64,000 nucleotides of DNA from Candidatus Latescibacterota bacterium (GTDB taxonomy: Bacteria > Latescibacterota > UBA2968 > UBA8231). The translations under genes and the position numbers were made by a program. Position 1 is the stretch's first letter, and every line of letters starts with the position of its first letter. Below the pieces are notes generated by a model, which did not search any database, had not been told where the DNA came from, and was given only the letters and a program-made list of their open reading frames with translations. The DNA is taken from NCBI GenBank assembly GCA_965197905.1, contig CBDAOB010000002.1, positions 288,001 to 352,000 of the forward strand, given 5' to 3'. Below are positions 1 through 10,172 of this stretch, in pieces.

Positions 1-2
1 AG

Positions 3-2042
3 CAGGGCACGATTACCTGGTCCCGATGTTATGCCCCGGGGTCCGGCGAGAGCGGCGACATCGCGGTTCATCCGGACGACGAGAACATCGTCTACATCGG
101 GTCGATTGGCAGCTCTCACGGGGGTAGCGGTGTCCTCCAGGCATACGATCACCGCACCAAACAGTATCGGCTGGTCTCGGTTTGGCCGGAGGAGTATTTC
201 GGCAGGCACGACTGCGATCTGAAATACCGCTTCAACTGGACCTTTCCGATTCTCATCTCCCAGCACGACCCATCTGTGCTCTACGTGGCGGGCAACATCG
301 TGTTTCGATCGACCGACGGCGGCGTGAACTGGGATGCGATCAGCCCCGATCTAACTCGAGACGATACTGAGAAGCAGATGGCCTCGGGTGGACCGATAAC
401 GATCGACGCCAGCGGCGCCGAGACCTACTGCACGGTCTACGCCCTCGCAGAATCGCCCTTCCAGCAGGGCGAGCTGTGGGCCGGAAGCGACGACGGCCTG
501 GTGCATATATCCCAGGACAACGGGAAAAACTGGACTGCGGTGACGCCCCCCGAGTTGATCGAGTGGTCCCGCGTCGGGTGTATCGAGGTCTCCCGCCACA
601 GTGCGGGCACGGCCTACGTGGCTGCCTCGCGACACAAGCTGGACGATTTCAGTGGTTACATCTACAAGACCGAGGATTTCGGCCAGAGCTGGCGGGTTTT
701 GAGCGGCGGTTTTCCCGAGGGCGAGATCTCCAGAGTCATCCGCGAGGATCCGGTACGCCCGGGGCTGTTGTACGTCGGAACGGAGTCGGGGATCTGCGTC
801 TCACTGGACGACGGCGAAGGGTGGACGAAGCTCGAGACCAATCTGCCGGTGGTGCCGGTGTACGATCTGAAGGTGAAGGACAACGATCTGGTGGCCGGCA
901 CCCACGGCCGCTCATTCTGGATTCTGGACGACCTGACGCCGCTGCGCGACGCGGCCCAGGGAACGGATAGACCACCGCAGCTGTTTCGGCCCGTGCCGAC
1001 CTATCGGCGTCTGGTGGACTGGCGCGCGAAGGACGCGAGATTGGCAGCGCCGCAGGACACATGCTATCTACTTACTCTGGGCTGCACCGCGGCGTGGCGT
1101 GAGAAGGACTCCGAGGATGGCGAGCTGATTCGTTTCTTTATAGATGCGGGCGAGAATCCGCCCCTGGGAGTCATCGTTTATTATCTCTTCGACGACGAAC
1201 CGGGGGGAGTGATCGAGCTGTCGTTCCTCGACGACGACGGTGAGGTCATCAAGAGCTTCACCAGCAGGCCGGCCGAAGAGGAAGAGAAGGACGATGACGC
1301 GGATGAGGATGAAGAGGAAAAGGGAACACGTTTTGCGCCGGCCACGAAAGGACTGAACAGGTTCGTGTGGGACATGCACCACGAAAACGCGGAAAGGTCA
1401 ACCGAAGACAGTCCGATCCGCGACAAGTACGAATCGCTGATGAAGTCGCGGCCGGGGACGAACGGACCGGTGGCGGTGCCGGGAAGATATACGGTGCGAT
1501 TGACTGTAGGTGATTCGATGCAGACCGAATCGTTCGAGATCCTGCCCGATCCGCGTCTGAAAATCACGCAGGAGGATTTTGAAGCGGAGTTCGATCTGCT
1601 GCGGAAGGTGCGAGACAAACTCTCAGAAGCGAATGCCGCAATCGACAGACTGCGCCGGATTCAGCGCCAGAGTCTGGAGGCGTCCGCGCGCGCCAAGAAG
1701 GCGGAAGCGATTGGCGAACGCGACCGTGAAGCGATTTCAGGCGCGGCACGAGAGTTGAACAAGACTCTGGAGGTTGTCGAAGCCGAGCTCGTTCAGATCG
1801 AACGGGAGGGCCCATCAGATTTCGTGCGCGCGCCGGTCAAACTGGTGGATATGCTGAGCGGTCTGATCAGCGGCATCGCGATGGCAGACGCCCCTCCGAC
1901 GACGCCGATGCTGGAGCTCTTCGTGCATCTGTCGGAGCTGGTCGACGACCAACTAGCGCGACTTCAGGCGGTCGTCGACCGGGAGGTCGTGGAGTTCAAC
2001 GAGCTGGTGAGCGACGCCGAGCTACCGGCGGTATCGCTGTAG
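3..2042 (+). CDS. BNR/Asp-box repeat (VPS10/sortilin-like, glycosyl hydrolase-like) protein, 5'-partial
   Basis: Frame is open from base 3 (…KYRFNWTFPILIS…). Asp-box motifs STDGGVNW, SQDNGKNW, TEDFGQSW, SLDDGEGW. GTHGRSFWILDD motif, C-terminal helical region. Confidence 0.85.
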   Translation, partial: QGTITWSRCYAPGSGESGDIAVHPDDENIVYIGSIGSSHGGSGVLQAYDHRTKQYRLVSVWPEEYFGRHDCDLKYRFNWTFPILISQHDPSVLYVAGNIVFRSTDGGVNWDAISPDLTRDDTEKQMASGGPITIDASGAETYCTVYALAESPFQQGELWAGSDDGLVHISQDNGKNWTAVTPPELIEWSRVGCIEVSRHSAGTAYVAASRHKLDDFSGYIYKTEDFGQSWRVLSGGFPEGEISRVIREDPVRPGLLYVGTESGICVSLDDGEGWTKLETNLPVVPVYDLKVKDNDLVAGTHGRSFWILDDLTPLRDAAQGTDRPPQLFRPVPTYRRLVDWRAKDARLAAPQDTCYLLTLGCTAAWREKDSEDGELIRFFIDAGENPPLGVIVYYLFDDEPGGVIELSFLDDDGEVIKSFTSRPAEEEEKDDDADEDEEEKGTRFAPATKGLNRFVWDMHHENAERSTEDSPIRDKYESLMKSRPGTNGPVAVPGRYTVRLTVGDSMQTESFEILPDPRLKITQEDFEAEFDLLRKVRDKLSEANAAIDRLRRIQRQSLEASARAKKAEAIGERDREAISGAARELNKTLEVVEAELVQIEREGPSDFVRAPVKLVDMLSGLISGIAMADAPPTTPMLELFVHLSELVDDQLARLQAVVDREVVEFNELVSDAELPAVSL

Positions 2043-2094
2043 CGCCCTTCCGGGTGTGGAGCTGTGGTAAACCCGTATTGCCGCAAGGTTCGAC

Positions 2095-2619
2095 ATGCCT
2101 AATCCGATCACTCCCGAGGGCGTAACGCTCTACAGGTTTACCGACGACGGCACCATTCCGAACAGCGAGCTGCCGCTGTTGGCTTATCGGTCAGCGCTGA
2201 GTGACGATAGGGCTGATCTGGCGCGCGGTTTCGAAGAGTTTTTTGACGCCAACGGATGGAGCGGTTCGTGGCGTAACGGCATCTACACCTTCCGCCACTA
2301 CCACAGTAATGCGCACGAGGTGCTCGGGATTGCAAGAGGACAAGCCCATGTCGAGTTCGGCGGCCCCGACGGCAAGGAGCTGGATGTCGTTGCCGGCGAC
2401 GCCGTCGTCATACCGGCGGGGGTCAGTCACTTCAATCTTGGTGCGAGCGACGATCTCTTGGTGATAGGGGCCTATCCGGCGGGCGACGTTCCGGACCTGT
2501 GCCGCGATTCAGGCGGAGATCGCCTAGCTGCGCTGCCGAGGCTGCAAGCATTGACCATCCCGGCGAGTGATCCGATCTATGGCACAAACGGTCCGCTGAC
2601 CCAGGCCTGGCGGCCCTGA
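2095..2619 (+). CDS. Cupin domain protein (YjlB-like)
   Basis: HYHSNAHEVLG and GDAVVIPAGVSH cupin motifs, IPNSxLP N-terminus. Confidence 0.85.
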   Translation: MPNPITPEGVTLYRFTDDGTIPNSELPLLAYRSALSDDRADLARGFEEFFDANGWSGSWRNGIYTFRHYHSNAHEVLGIARGQAHVEFGGPDGKELDVVAGDAVVIPAGVSHFNLGASDDLLVIGAYPAGDVPDLCRDSGGDRLAALPRLQALTIPASDPIYGTNGPLTQAWRP

Positions 2620-2687
2620 AACCTGGTGCCGGTGCACCTCCGGTTCTGGCGGACGCTCACAAGCGAATCCAACGGCTTGAATTCGCG

Positions 2688-5600
2688 ATGACCAAACTGG
2701 CCGCTTGCTTCGCATCAATAATTCTGACGCTTGTTTCAGCGCTCGCGGCCGAGGAGCTTCGGAGTATCGAAGTGGCCTCGGCGCGGCCCTACCTGCGCTG
2801 GGACCGTCCTGCCTACCGCAACTACGCGCTCGCGCATTACAGCAATTATCCTAACCACACCGCTCCCTACCGGGACGCACCGCGTACATTCTACGGACCC
2901 ATCGGAAACGAGCTGATCACCGGATACGATCTCTATTCATGGAATGAAACCCGCCAACCCGGCCAGGAGTACGGAAGCTCCATATTCAAGCCGAACGTGA
3001 TGTACAACCTGGTGTGGGAAAAGGTCTACGACGCCACCGTGATCGGCCGCGATGGGTATGGCAACTGGGGATATAGCCTGATCGTGGCGGACAATGTGAT
3101 CGCCCGTCTGTCGCCCCTGACCATGTCGATGACCGATTTCGCCGGATTCCGGCTGGACGTCTCCCTACCCCGTCTGAAACTCACGGGCCTGGCATCCCGC
3201 ATCGAACGTCCCCACGTCTATACCGGCCGTCCCACCATCTGGTCCGTCGATATGACCCATTTTGCGGACGACTCTACCTTGCTTCTGGGCGGCCGCATGG
3301 AGACGGAAGCGGGGCTGGCGCGTCTGGGGTTGAATTTCGCCAACTCCCATGTCTACCGTAGCACGCAGCCAGGCAATGGCATGAAAGGGGTACTGCGGCC
3401 GGACCAACCCCTGATGGACTGGGTGATCGTGCGTTTTTCCGACGATTCTCCCGCCGACGATAGCGATGGGGCGGTTGTGCACGAAACGGTGTTGTACATC
3501 GACGGCAAACCGCGGCCTGATCTGCGACCGTCCGTGATTCGACACCGGGCCGGGGCGACACCGCAGGTGGGTTCCGTGTCGGTAGCCACCGGACGTTTTC
3601 GCGCCGTGGATTACACCGTCTTTTCGGGACATCGCCGGTTCTACCGCGGACGCGAAGAGATCCCACTGTATGCCGACTACTTCTACCGGCTGGACCACGA
3701 TGAGGGGGTCGATGTGAGCGACGCCACCCTGCTCGAAGGGCTGCTGGCAAGTTTCCAGCTGGAATCAGCAGATGAGCTGCTGACGGCCGACGGAGAGGAG
3801 CAACTGGTTTTCCTGTTCGACGTGTCAGGCGAGCGACAAGTGAAATCGGTTGAGGTGGAAGCGGTGCTGGCCAACGACTACCGCGCCGAAGTCGCCCTGC
3901 TCACGCTTATCAATCCGCGCGGAAGGACTTATAACGCGCGCTATAGATCCACCTTTTACCGCACGCTCAAGCGCGCGCCGGGCAACGTGCGCGATCAATC
4001 AAATCTCAAGCGCATCCGTCTTCCAATCGGAGAGGATACCGCAATCTTTACCTACAGTGCGGATGCTGCACTGCTTCTCCCCGGCCTTGAGCTCAACGCA
4101 GAATTCGCTCGGTCTGCTCTCTATTCGCGCTACCCGGCCGAGATTGACGAAGCGCCTGCTTTCGATCGGAGTCCGCGTTTTTCCAAGCGCGGCACTGCTT
4201 ATTACGTCAATGCCACCCACCATCAGGGTAGAGGCCGCGTCGGCGCCGAGCTGTTTTCCATCAATCCCGGGTTTGCCACCAGCTTTCGCACCACCCTCGA
4301 CGAAACCTCCCATAATCTCTCGGGTGTGTACAATGAAACGGTCTACTGGGATCTGGTGGAAGACAACGACGACGGCGACCGCTATCCCGATCGGCGCGTC
4401 GGCAGCGTGGCCGGTGCGGCCGTCGACTTCGAGGACTTCGACCTGGATGGCGTTTTCCTGGCACAGGACGATGACAAAGACGGCCACCCTGATATCAACC
4501 GGGACGGCGATCGCATTCCCGACTTCGAGGAGCCGTTCCTGATGTTCGACGTGGAGCCCAACGTCTACGTCTATGGGCTCGACCGGAACAACAACGACGA
4601 ACCCGACAAAAGGGAGGATGATGGTCAGGTCGACTACCCATACGATCCCGATCAAAGGGGTTATCATCTGTTTGCACAGATCGATCTGTCGCGCCATTCG
4701 GCACTCGCGGTCGGACGTTTTCATGTAAACGAGGTGGCGGGCAACGGCCGTAACCGCGCCATGTATGCCCTTGCAACCTTCGACGTTGCCACCCGGGACG
4801 GGAGTCAACGGCTGTTTTTCGAGAACAACCTCCGCCGGGTTCAGGACGACATCCCCGATGAGTATTTGGTTATGAACTCGCTATCCGACCGCACCCGGAT
4901 TTTCAGTGTTTTCGGCCTGTCCGCCGGCAATAATCCTGAGTTCATTCTCGAGGACAAACCGCCCATCTTCTCCAGCCAGTTCGTCGCCGACATCCCGTCC
5001 TACCAGAGCAGTTATGTTAACGAGAGTTATCTGGAGACGGAATTCCGTCCTTCGCCGGGTGTGAGTGTGGTGCAGAAACTGAGAGCCCGGTTCAACTGGC
5101 AGGACGGGGGATGGCTGTATAACGGTCTGTTTCAGCGTCAGCGCCGCCTCGACTTCTGGACTTGGGTGAGTCGACTGGAGTACACCCATAGCTGGGGGAA
5201 GCTGCGATTTACCTCCCAGTACAAGCTCATGCTATTGCGCCTCATCGACCGGGAGCGAGACACCCGATTGCGATCCGAGATGCGCTCCATTCCCATTTTA
5301 CGAGCGGAGTACACGCTGCTGCCACGCACCCGCCTCAAGGTTGGTATGCAAGGTGTCGGTTCGTTTCCGTATCGGCATCGCAACCATATCTCCGATCACA
5401 AGAGCTTTGACCGGCACACCGCATTTGTTACCGTAACCAACCTTTCCAGCTATTTCGGCTACGAGCTCGTGACCATCGCCGGCGTCCGCAAAGACCACCG
5501 GGATTTCGAAACGAGGTTCCAGGACAACCGAGATTTCGACTTTCTGAACTTCTTTATTCGCGGCATGATCGGTTTCACCGAGTTCGGCCGGCCCATTTGA
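2688..5600 (+). CDS. Large exported hypothetical protein with acidic Ca2+-binding-like repeats
   Basis: 970 aa ORF, signal-peptide-like N-terminus, DNDDGDRYPD/DDDKDGHPD/NRDGDRIPD/DRNNNDEPD motifs, beta-rich C-terminus. Confidence 0.7.
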   Translation: MTKLAACFASIILTLVSALAAEELRSIEVASARPYLRWDRPAYRNYALAHYSNYPNHTAPYRDAPRTFYGPIGNELITGYDLYSWNETRQPGQEYGSSIFKPNVMYNLVWEKVYDATVIGRDGYGNWGYSLIVADNVIARLSPLTMSMTDFAGFRLDVSLPRLKLTGLASRIERPHVYTGRPTIWSVDMTHFADDSTLLLGGRMETEAGLARLGLNFANSHVYRSTQPGNGMKGVLRPDQPLMDWVIVRFSDDSPADDSDGAVVHETVLYIDGKPRPDLRPSVIRHRAGATPQVGSVSVATGRFRAVDYTVFSGHRRFYRGREEIPLYADYFYRLDHDEGVDVSDATLLEGLLASFQLESADELLTADGEEQLVFLFDVSGERQVKSVEVEAVLANDYRAEVALLTLINPRGRTYNARYRSTFYRTLKRAPGNVRDQSNLKRIRLPIGEDTAIFTYSADAALLLPGLELNAEFARSALYSRYPAEIDEAPAFDRSPRFSKRGTAYYVNATHHQGRGRVGAELFSINPGFATSFRTTLDETSHNLSGVYNETVYWDLVEDNDDGDRYPDRRVGSVAGAAVDFEDFDLDGVFLAQDDDKDGHPDINRDGDRIPDFEEPFLMFDVEPNVYVYGLDRNNNDEPDKREDDGQVDYPYDPDQRGYHLFAQIDLSRHSALAVGRFHVNEVAGNGRNRAMYALATFDVATRDGSQRLFFENNLRRVQDDIPDEYLVMNSLSDRTRIFSVFGLSAGNNPEFILEDKPPIFSSQFVADIPSYQSSYVNESYLETEFRPSPGVSVVQKLRARFNWQDGGWLYNGLFQRQRRLDFWTWVSRLEYTHSWGKLRFTSQYKLMLLRLIDRERDTRLRSEMRSIPILRAEYTLLPRTRLKVGMQGVGSFPYRHRNHISDHKSFDRHTAFVTVTNLSSYFGYELVTIAGVRKDHRDFETRFQDNRDFDFLNFFIRGMIGFTEFGRPI

Positions 5601-5638
5601 TCCGGACCGCGCCTTTATTCATCGAAGACAGGAGAACC

Positions 5639-6754
5639 ATGAAGATCACCGATGTGAAGACTTATCTGGTCAACGCGAACGAGGGGTCGTCGATGAATAC
5701 GCGCCCTCGCGGGCGGAACTGGCTGTTCGTCAAGGTTTTCACGGACGAAGGCGTGACTGGCGTGGGCGAAGGGGGCGGTTGGCCGTATATCGTGGAGAAG
5801 GCGATTCAGGAGATGAAACACTTTCTGATCGGCGAAAACCCCTTCCAGATAGAGAAGCTCTGGCTCAGGCTCTACGACATCCTGCATGGTCATGGGGTCA
5901 CGGGGTCGGTGCGGGGAGGCATGATCAGCGCTCTCGATTGCGCGCTTTGGGATATCAAAGGCAAGGCGCTCGGGGTACCGGTTTGGGAGCTGCTCGGCGG
6001 CAAGATGCGGGACAGCATTCCGGTGTACGGACACGCCAGCACACCCACAGAAGCAGAGCGGCTGATCGACCGCGGTTACCGATTCTTCAAGTGCGGACCC
6101 AAGATCGAAACGCTGAGGAGACTGCGCGAGACCGTCGGTTACGAGGTCGAGATCGGCGTCCACTGCCATGCGGAGATGACGCCGTCCGCCGCCATCCAAC
6201 TCGGCCGGGGATGCGAACCGTATCGCCCCATGTTTCTAGAAGATCCTGTGGTGCCGGAAAACGTGGAGGCGTTCGCCAAGGTAGCGGAAAAGGTCTCGAT
6301 CCCACTGGCAACGGGAGAGCGCTTCGCCACCAAGTGGGCATTCGCGGAACTATTAGCGCGCAACCTCGTGGATATCGTACAGCCGGAGACGACCCGTCTC
6401 GGCGGGATCACCGAACTCAAGAAGCTGGCAGCCATGGCCGAAGCGCAGGCGGTGACGGTGGCCCCCCACGACGGCTCGGTAGGGCCGATCATTGAGATGG
6501 CGAACGTCCACGTGCTCGCGTCGATTCCGAACTGCATCTTCCTCGAGCACAAGGCCGACGACGTCGCGTGGCGATACGATGTGGCGCCGGGATGTGTGGA
6601 GGAAAGGGGGGGGTCAATCAGAGTGCCCGATGCTCCCGGTCTGGGTTGCGACGTGGATGAGGCGATTGCAGCGGCGCACCCGATTCCGGACATCGATGCG
6701 TTCGAATACACCCACCGGACACCCGAGCAGATTCAGCAGTCTTTCGTTCGTTAG
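5639..6754 (+). CDS. Mandelate racemase/muconate lactonizing enzyme family (galactonate dehydratase-like)
   Basis: ATG at 5639 after GGAG. Motifs ALWDIKGKALGVPVWELLGG, FLEDP, ATGER, PGLGxD. Confidence 0.9.
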   Translation: MKITDVKTYLVNANEGSSMNTRPRGRNWLFVKVFTDEGVTGVGEGGGWPYIVEKAIQEMKHFLIGENPFQIEKLWLRLYDILHGHGVTGSVRGGMISALDCALWDIKGKALGVPVWELLGGKMRDSIPVYGHASTPTEAERLIDRGYRFFKCGPKIETLRRLRETVGYEVEIGVHCHAEMTPSAAIQLGRGCEPYRPMFLEDPVVPENVEAFAKVAEKVSIPLATGERFATKWAFAELLARNLVDIVQPETTRLGGITELKKLAAMAEAQAVTVAPHDGSVGPIIEMANVHVLASIPNCIFLEHKADDVAWRYDVAPGCVEERGGSIRVPDAPGLGCDVDEAIAAAHPIPDIDAFEYTHRTPEQIQQSFVR

Positions 6755-6770
6755 TCCGGGCGCAAGGGTT

Positions 6771-8699
6771 TCACCACCCGTGCACGTAGTGGGCTTCGAC
6801 GGGAAACCAGATCGCATCTGCGATCATCGACAAACCAACGCCGACGGCGTACGCCACCGCCAGGCCGTAGAAGAACGGCTTGCCATTCAAATATGCCCGC
6901 ACTCCTCCGAACCGGAGCAGGGCATATTTAGACAACCACACTAACAACAGACTAAACCAGTAGAGACGGGTGCCAAAGGTGTCCTGGAAAGCCAGGCCGA
7001 TCGGGTGGAGCGGGAACCAGTGGAAACGAGCCCGCAATGCTGCCATTACCGCCGCTTCGCAAAAGCCGAAAGACCATAGCGCCCACTTGGCCAGACTGGT
7101 GGTAGTGCGGTGGTCGATCATAAACGCCATGGCGTCGAACACCCAGGTTGCCTTGCGGTCCAGGGTGATTTCGCCACCGAGCCGGTAAGCCCGCTCGACG
7201 GTAGCGCCGAATGACACCAGGTATCCCGCTATGAACGCTACGATCACCACGAGGACCACTGCCAGCGGCTGCCGATTCATGGTGAAGATGCGCAGGTCGT
7301 GGGTGATGGCAGGCCAGGCGGGCATGCAGAAGTTGCCAAAGAAAGCATTGCTGGTGAGCACCTTGAAGGCGATCAAGCTGCGAGGCGCGAGGAATTCCGT
7401 ACCCACCAGATCGCTGACGAATGACTCGCCGCGCAGATGGGGCCGGTTTGGAAACAGGTAGGCAAAACCGGTCGCCGCAATCAGCTTGACGACGACGAAG
7501 TAGGTAAGCCAGATCAACACCAGGACCCCCGCCGCGACCGGGAGACTCATTCCCAACCCCACGGCCCAAACGAGCAGGTAGATCCCGGATCCCGCCAGCC
7601 CGAGGAGCGCCAGCCGGTAGCGCAGAACTTCCCGGGGTTCGCCTTCGGCCGTCACCGACTGTCTCCAGATCCGGCGCAGATGGCCCCGCGCTACGTAGAC
7701 GGACCAGAGGGCGACGAACAACAGCGCGCCGTAACTCTCCATGTTGATCATAAGCCGGTGCTCGGACAGCATGCCTGTGGCACCGACGGAAGAGAGACCG
7801 GGAAGCGAGAACCCGGTTCGATGCAGGAAACCCTGCTTGATCACCGACAGCAGGTAGAAAGCCAAAAGGCTTCCCATGATATCGAGCGGGCAGAGGTAGG
7901 TCACCGCCATCATGGTGGGCAACAGCCGGATGGTAAGGCCGCCGAACGGTTCTGGAAGATCCAGCGGAAATCGCAGGGAGTACAAAACCACAGCTGGCAG
8001 TCCGGACATGAAGTAGGTGATGACGTTGTACCCCATGGGGCCGAATACCACCGTGAACCCCAGCCAGAACAGGCGGGAGCGAAAGAGCTTGGGCACCCGA
8101 CGGACGCCGGCGAAACCCGCCGTTAGGTCCAGCGGCATCTGGGCCAGCGGGAAGGTCAGTTTTTCCGCTCGTTCCCACTGGCGCTGAAACAGCAGCATAA
8201 GGCAGAATCCGAAGACCACCATGCCCAGGGAAGCACCCAGCCACTGAGCCAGCACCGCCAGCCATTGGTGCCAGGGGACGGCCGTTCCCTCTTCCAGACC
8301 GAACCAGAACGGCTTGATCACTTCGGCCCTGGGGGGAGCAAAGACATGCCAGGGCAGATAATCGAAGATCTGGTAAGCCCACTTGTTCTCGGCGCTGGCG
8401 AAATGCGTCGGCGCCGCTGTAATCGAAGCCCAGAACTGGGCCCACATGGGGATGGTGCCCACCACCCAGAGCATGGAGAACACGGTCAGCAATTCTCCCT
8501 GCCGCAGCGATATCCCCGGCCATACGAGAAGCAGCACGAGATTGAGCAGGAGAAGTGCCACGAACGGCATGAAAGCGGCCATCGGAAACTGGGAGCGGAC
8601 GGCGACGGTCACCCAGTAGAAATTGGCGGCGATGATCAGGACTCCGATCACCAGGGCTCGCAAGGTAATTCTGGATGCGGATGGAGCGTTCGTCGTCAT
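6771..8699 (-). CDS. Polytopic membrane protein, DUF6785/DUF6784-like (putative transporter)
   Basis: 642 aa with many TM segments. Motifs QWxxxEKLTFPL, WFPLHPIG, KPFFYGL. Family name from recall. Confidence 0.7.
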   Translation of the reverse strand: MTTNAPSASRITLRALVIGVLIIAANFYWVTVAVRSQFPMAAFMPFVALLLLNLVLLLVWPGISLRQGELLTVFSMLWVVGTIPMWAQFWASITAAPTHFASAENKWAYQIFDYLPWHVFAPPRAEVIKPFWFGLEEGTAVPWHQWLAVLAQWLGASLGMVVFGFCLMLLFQRQWERAEKLTFPLAQMPLDLTAGFAGVRRVPKLFRSRLFWLGFTVVFGPMGYNVITYFMSGLPAVVLYSLRFPLDLPEPFGGLTIRLLPTMMAVTYLCPLDIMGSLLAFYLLSVIKQGFLHRTGFSLPGLSSVGATGMLSEHRLMINMESYGALLFVALWSVYVARGHLRRIWRQSVTAEGEPREVLRYRLALLGLAGSGIYLLVWAVGLGMSLPVAAGVLVLIWLTYFVVVKLIAATGFAYLFPNRPHLRGESFVSDLVGTEFLAPRSLIAFKVLTSNAFFGNFCMPAWPAITHDLRIFTMNRQPLAVVLVVIVAFIAGYLVSFGATVERAYRLGGEITLDRKATWVFDAMAFMIDHRTTTSLAKWALWSFGFCEAAVMAALRARFHWFPLHPIGLAFQDTFGTRLYWFSLLLVWLSKYALLRFGGVRAYLNGKPFFYGLAVAYAVGVGLSMIADAIWFPVEAHYVHGW

Positions 8700-8853
8700 T
8701 GACTTGACCCGAGTACCTATAACCGCAAATTGGCGATGTTCAGTGAGCAGATTAACAAGCTATGTTGCCAGAAGAAAAGGACCAATCCATGAGCAAAAAG
8801 TTGGCGTTTGATGCGAAGAAGTGTTGGATCCTTCCACCATGTTGGAGAACAGA

Positions 8854-9258
8854 ATGACCTACAACCTGAACCACATTCACCTGAAGTCGCTCGATCCCGG
8901 TAAAACCGCAAACTGGTGGGTCGATACCTTCAACTTCGAGATCGTCGCGGACTCTACGCGAGACACGGGCGACCGTTTCATTCGCTGCCGCGCCGAGAAC
9001 GGCTTTGGGGTGAACATCTCCGGACCATTAACCGGTCAGACGCTCCCCGAAAGCGACGCGGAGCCGAAGCTGGGTCTTGAGCATCTCGCGTTCGAGGTTG
9101 ACGATGTCGATGGCGAGATCGAGCGGCTGGAAGGCCGTAGCGCGCCGCTCCTGGAGGGGCCGCATCAGCTTCCGGGCGGAACTCGCATCTGCTGGGTACA
9201 GGCGCCGGATAACGTGCGGGTAGAGCTGATCCAGTGGGCCAAAGAAGAGGACGACTGA
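8854..9258 (+). CDS. VOC/glyoxalase family protein
   Basis: LNHIHL, LEHLAFEVDD, APDNVRVELIQ. ATG at 8854 after GGAG. Confidence 0.85.
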   Translation: MTYNLNHIHLKSLDPGKTANWWVDTFNFEIVADSTRDTGDRFIRCRAENGFGVNISGPLTGQTLPESDAEPKLGLEHLAFEVDDVDGEIERLEGRSAPLLEGPHQLPGGTRICWVQAPDNVRVELIQWAKEEDD

Positions 9259-9260
9259 TT

Positions 9261-10112
9261 ATGGCACGTATCGGAGTTCTGCATCCTGGAAACATGGGGA
9301 TTTCTCTGGCGGTATCAGCCAAGGCAACCGGACACGATGTCTGCTGGGCTTCAGATGGCAGAAGCGAACAGACGCGTGCCCGCGCCGAGGAACATGGGCT
9401 GACCGAGCTCGAGTCGGTAGAGGAGCTCTGTGCAACAACGGAGGGCATCATCAGCATCTGTCCCCCTCACGCAACCGAACAGGTGGCCCGGGACGTGGCT
9501 GACCTTGGCTTCGAAGGAGTTTACCTGGAGGCCAACGCGATCTCACCAGCACGGGCACAAGGCATTGCCGCGACGATCTCGGAGGCCGGGGCTCAGTACG
9601 TCGATGGCGGGGTTATCGGAAGTCCGGCGTGGCAGGCGGGTAAGACCTATCTCTACCTCTCCGGCGAGCGCGCCGAGTTGGTAGCAGATTGGTTCCGCGA
9701 CGGCTTGCTCGCGACCGACGTAGTCGGACCAGGTGTGAGCGAAGCGTCGGCGCTCAAGATGTGTTTCGCCGCCTACACCAAAGGCACCACAGCTCTGTTC
9801 TTCGGCATTCTGGCAACCTCAGAAGCCTTCGGGGTGCGTGAGGACCTGATAAAAGAGTGGTCTCGACACGCCGGACTGGCGGATATGGCCGAGCGCGCAG
9901 GGGGGAGCGCTGGCGGCATGACCGCCAAGGCCTGGCGCTGGGTCGATGAGATGGAGCAGATTTCGCAAACCTTCGAAGCGGCCGGTCTGCACGGGGGATT
10001 CCACGCATCGGCGGCGGAGATTTTTCGTCGCAGCGCACCGCTGCGCGACGTCGACGACCCGAGCGTCGAGGCTGTCCTGCAGGCCCTGTTGCGCAAGGAT
10101 GTCTCAGAATAG
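9261..10112 (+). CDS. NAD(P)-dependent oxidoreductase, 6PGD/3-hydroxyisobutyrate dehydrogenase-like with DUF1932-type C-terminus
   Basis: IGVLHPGNMG Rossmann motif, YVDGGVIG, ASALKMCFAAYTKG, KAWRWVDEM. Confidence 0.85.
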   Translation: MARIGVLHPGNMGISLAVSAKATGHDVCWASDGRSEQTRARAEEHGLTELESVEELCATTEGIISICPPHATEQVARDVADLGFEGVYLEANAISPARAQGIAATISEAGAQYVDGGVIGSPAWQAGKTYLYLSGERAELVADWFRDGLLATDVVGPGVSEASALKMCFAAYTKGTTALFFGILATSEAFGVREDLIKEWSRHAGLADMAERAGGSAGGMTAKAWRWVDEMEQISQTFEAAGLHGGFHASAAEIFRRSAPLRDVDDPSVEAVLQALLRKDVSE

Positions 10113-10172
10113 ACGTTGCCAGCTCAGACGAACGACCCCAATTGAAGCGAAGCCTACTCAGCGGAACGAACG

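Noticed and set aside
6952..8523. 523-aa alternative-frame ORF
   Set aside because: Overlaps the membrane protein gene in another frame, Arg/Gly/Pro-rich, typical GC-rich shadow ORF.
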